The notes beneath the pieces are model-generated. The model made no database searches. It was not told where the DNA came from and saw only the letters and a program-made list of their open reading frames with translations. A stretch of 64,000 nt of DNA, from contig JAHCAG010000001.1 of the NCBI GenBank assembly GCA_019635015.1, positions 67,244 through 131,243 on the forward strand. The letters run 5' to 3'. A program made the translations under genes and the position numbers. Source of the stretch: Burkholderiales bacterium. Lineage in GTDB: Bacteria > Pseudomonadota > Gammaproteobacteria > Burkholderiales > SG8-41. This document shows, one piece after another, positions 61,303 to 64,000 of the stretch. Every line of letters begins with the position of its first letter. Position 1 is the stretch's first letter.

Positions 61303-62280
61303 ATGAAAATCGCCTCCCGCGTTTCCACCCTGATCCCCTGCGTCTCCGTCGCGGTGATGCTTGCCGTGCCGCTTGCCGCCACTGCCCAGGCCTTTCCGTC
61401 CAAGCCGATCCGCATCGTGGTGCCGGCAGCCCCCGGCGGCGGCACCGATATCCTCGCGCGCCTTCTCAATCCGGAACTCGCCAAACAGTTCGGCCAGCCG
61501 ATCGTCATTGAAAACCGCGCCGGCGGCGCGACCATGATCGGCACCGAGTACGTCGCGCGTTCGGCACCGGACGGCCATACCCTGGTCATTGCCACCACGC
61601 CGCACGCAATCAACCCGACGCTGTACCAGAAAGTACCCTTCGATCCGGTGAAGGACTTCACGATGATCAGCCAGCTCGGCCTGACCACCACCGTGCTGGT
61701 GGTCCACCCCTCGCTGCCGGTGAAGAACGTCAAGGAATTCATCGCCCTGGCCAAATCGAAACCGGGGCAGTTGACCGCAGGCACCGCCGCCGGAAACTCC
61801 GCCTATCTGGCCGTCGAAATGCTGAAGACGATGGCGAAGATCGATGCGCTGAACATTCCCTACAAGGGTGCGGGACAGGCGCTGAGCGACCTCGTCGCCG
61901 GCCATATCCAGTTCCAGGTCAATACCCTGCTGGCCGCGAAACCCTTCATCGAGGCCGGCCGCCTGCGCGCGATCGGCGTCTGCAGCGCAACGCGTTCGGC
62001 GGCACTGCCGGGCGTGCAGGCGATCGGCGAGACGCTGGCGGGCTTCAATACCAGCGGCTGGTATGCCCTGCTGGGGCCGGCAAACATTCCGCGCGAGACC
62101 ACGCTGCGCATCCATGACGGTTTCGCCAAGGCGCTGCGCACGCCGGAAATCTCCAGCCGCCTCGCCCAGCAGGGCGTGGAGGTGCTTGCCGGCACGCCGG
62201 ATGAACTGGCGAAGGTGATGCCGCTGGAAATCAAGAAGTGGGGCGCTGTCGTCAAGTCGTCCGGCGCAACACCCGGCTGA
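61303..62280 (+). CDS. Bug/TctC-family substrate-binding protein 5
   Basis: Signal peptide plus PIRIVVPAAPGGGTDILARL. ATG 61303; the track ORF 61237 is an upstream extension. Confidence 0.88.
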   Translation: MKIASRVSTLIPCVSVAVMLAVPLAATAQAFPSKPIRIVVPAAPGGGTDILARLLNPELAKQFGQPIVIENRAGGATMIGTEYVARSAPDGHTLVIATTPHAINPTLYQKVPFDPVKDFTMISQLGLTTTVLVVHPSLPVKNVKEFIALAKSKPGQLTAGTAAGNSAYLAVEMLKTMAKIDALNIPYKGAGQALSDLVAGHIQFQVNTLLAAKPFIEAGRLRAIGVCSATRSAALPGVQAIGETLAGFNTSGWYALLGPANIPRETTLRIHDGFAKALRTPEISSRLAQQGVEVLAGTPDELAKVMPLEIKKWGAVVKSSGATPG

Positions 62281-62315
62281 ACGATGCGCGGCTTCCGGCG
62301 CGCCGCTCCGGCGCG

Positions 62316-62768
62316 TCAGAAGCTGCGGTATTTTTCGGTTTCCAGCAGGCGTCCGATTTCCGCGCGCAGCTCGGCGATATCGTCGGGACGCAGCGGTTCC
62401 AGGCTGCCCATTTCCTTCCTGAAGGCCTCCCGCGTCGGCGGGAATGCCAGCGCGTGGCCCCAGGGCTGCAGCTTTGCACCGCGCGCGCGGCCGTAGAGAT
62501 GCACATGCAGTTCGGCGCGCCAGTTGCCGTTGTCCTGGTAATTGATGCGGCCGATGTCGATGCCCTTGCGCGTCAGCACGGTTTTCATCGCTTCGCCGCC
62601 GGCCATGGTCAGCTTGACCAGTTCGACCGCCTGCTCCGGCGTGAGCTGCGTGCGGTCTTCCACGGCAACTTTCGGGTCGATGACAATGTGTCCGCCGTCG
62701 CTGCGCGAGACATGGGGCTGCTCCAGCGTTTTCAGGATGAAATGCCGCGCTTCGTAGACCAGCGCCAT
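62316..62768 (-). CDS. HIT-like domain protein
   Basis: 150 aa with an incomplete histidine triad (ELHVHLYGR). Its start lies 2 nt downstream of the enolase-superfamily gene stop. Confidence 0.45.
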   Translation of the reverse strand: MALVYEARHFILKTLEQPHVSRSDGGHIVIDPKVAVEDRTQLTPEQAVELVKLTMAGGEAMKTVLTRKGIDIGRINYQDNGNWRAELHVHLYGRARGAKLQPWGHALAFPPTREAFRKEMGSLEPLRPDDIAELRAEIGRLLETEKYRSF

Positions 62769-62770
62769 GC

Positions 62771-63829
62771 TCAGTCCTTCAGCGAGAAGCCCAAGCCGGC
62801 GGCGGCCGGCACATGCAGCAGGCCCTTCGAGAACTCCGGTTCGCTGGCGAAACGTTCGCGCAGCGCGCCATGCGCACCGTGCACTTCCAGCATGCCGCCG
62901 TGGGCGTGGCCCGCCATTGCCGGCAGGTTCGCCGCCTCGAAGCCGCCGGCGCCGGTGACCGGCACGCCATGGACCTCGGCCAGAGAGAGGATGCGCAGCA
63001 TCGCACTGAGGCCGCCGCAGAAAGCGGCGTTGGGCTGCAGCACGTCGAGCGCGCCGGCAGTCAGCGCGTCGCGGAACCAGGACACCGACTGGATCATCTG
63101 GCCGGAGGCCAGCGGGACCGGCGTGGCGCGACGCAGTTCGGCCAGTGCGGCGATGTCGTTGCCGCGCACCGGTTCCTCGAAGAAGGCGATGTCGCAGTCG
63201 GCGACCAGCATCGCCAGCCGCTTTGCTTCGGCCACTGTGAACGCGCAGTTGGCGTCGAGCATCAGCGGCGCGTCGCCGATGGCCCTGCGCACCGCGCGGA
63301 TGCGCTGCGCGTCCTCCGCCAGACTGCGCCCGGTGCCGACGAGAATCTTGGCGCCGTGGAAGCCGGCGGCCAGCGCAGCCCTGCAGGCATCGACCAGTTC
63401 GGTTTCGCTGAATGCCGGCATGCCGGCCGTGGCATAGGCCGGCACGGCAGCGCGGGCGCCGCCGATCAACCGCGCCACCGGCAGGCCCAGCGCCTTGCCG
63501 CGGATGTCCCACAGCGCGAGATCCAGCGCCGACATTGCCGACACGAATACGCCCGTGGCCTGGCGCGGATTGAACTGTTTTGCAAGCTTCCCGGTGATGG
63601 CCTCGATGTCCAGCGGATCCATGCCCTTGCAGGCCGCGGCGATGCCGCCGTTGAGCAGATGAGCCACCTGGTCGGCGAGGAAGCGGCCCGTGACGCCTTC
63701 GCCATAAAAGCCGTCATCGGTGGTCACCCGGCAGCGCAGGAAAGTGAGGCTTTCGCGGCCGGCATAGGCATCGGCGGCGCGGGCGGGTTTGATGTGTTCT
63801 ACGGCGGCGGTGATGTGCTCGATGCGCAT
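62771..63829 (-). CDS. Enolase-superfamily protein (mandelate racemase / muconate lactonizing enzyme family), divergent
   Basis: SALDLALWDIRGKALGLPVARLIGG, LMLDANCAF and FFEEP motifs; 352 aa. Confidence 0.8.
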   Translation of the reverse strand: MRIEHITAAVEHIKPARAADAYAGRESLTFLRCRVTTDDGFYGEGVTGRFLADQVAHLLNGGIAAACKGMDPLDIEAITGKLAKQFNPRQATGVFVSAMSALDLALWDIRGKALGLPVARLIGGARAAVPAYATAGMPAFSETELVDACRAALAAGFHGAKILVGTGRSLAEDAQRIRAVRRAIGDAPLMLDANCAFTVAEAKRLAMLVADCDIAFFEEPVRGNDIAALAELRRATPVPLASGQMIQSVSWFRDALTAGALDVLQPNAAFCGGLSAMLRILSLAEVHGVPVTGAGGFEAANLPAMAGHAHGGMLEVHGAHGALRERFASEPEFSKGLLHVPAAAGLGFSLKD

Positions 63830-63852
63830 GGGTTTCCGTGTCTGCTGCAGGT

Positions 63853-64000
63853 TCAGTTCAGCGTCGCCGCGATTTTCCGGATGTCCTCCGGCGACCGTTC
63901 GCCGGCGAGCGGCGTGCCGGGCATCAGGTGTTTGCCCATGGCGGCCAGGCCGCCCACCAGCACCGGCTCGAAACCGGCGTCGCGCACCAGCCGTGTGGCC
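63853..64000 (-). CDS. C-terminal fragment of a COG2085-like NAD(P)-binding reductase (5' part outside the window)
   Basis: My manual reverse translation gives ...ATRLVRDAGFEPVLVGGLAAMGKHLMPGTPLAGERSPEDIRKIAATLN*. The DAGFEPV..G.L pattern resembles F420/NADP-reductase-like dinucleotide-binding proteins. Confidence 0.35.
   Translation of the reverse strand, partial: ATRLVRDAGFEPVLVGGLAAMGKHLMPGTPLAGERSPEDIRKIAATLN

Noticed and set aside
62238-63512. 399-aa plus-strand and 398-aa minus-strand ORFs overlapping the HIT-like and enolase-superfamily genes
   Set aside because: They are alternative frames of the same G/C-rich DNA. Only the frames with family motifs (FFEEP, LDANCAF, HVH) were retained.

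Overview
High-GC (by eye about two-thirds G+C, not computed) chromosomal segment with betaproteobacterial-type synteny. From 1 to 11.1 kb it carries the distal dcw cell-wall/division cluster (mraY-murD-ftsW-murG-murC-murB-ddl-ftsQ-ftsA-ftsZ), with serial 4-nt start/stop overlaps. Next come lpxC, a DUF721 (DciA-like) gene, an M23 peptidase, secA, argJ, a DUF815 ATPase and a Nudix-TenI fusion. A minus-strand pilC-pilD-coaE-zapD-yacG operon follows, then a CNNM/CorC transporter, ypjD-like/ffh, a nitroreductase and rpsP-rimM-trmD-rplS. The most unusual region is 32.1-45.8 kb. There a GntR/HutC-type regulator diverges from 14 co-oriented genes: a split UxaA-family (SuyAB-architecture) lyase, a ThDP enzyme, a membrane-anchored SDH/FRD-like complex with scattered genes whose flavoprotein has Cys in place of the FAD-binding His, a cytoplasmic Cys-type sulfatase, a TtdAB/class-I-fumarase-like hydro-lyase, an LDH2/MDH2-family dehydrogenase and two TTT (Bug/TctC) binding proteins. 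I know of no characterised pathway with this gene set. After recQ, the window holds mixed accessory metabolism (DUF1330, TauD/TfdA dioxygenase, FMN 2-hydroxyacid dehydrogenase, VOC epimerase, PaaI thioesterase, CE4 deacetylase, three more Bug proteins, CMD, HIT-like, a divergent enolase-superfamily protein) and several small secreted or disordered hypothetical proteins. I found no rRNA, tRNA, CRISPR array, transposase or integrase by eye. Most long ORFs antisense to the called genes are high-GC shadow ORFs. All family assignments rest on motifs read from the supplied translations plus gene order; no database search was run.
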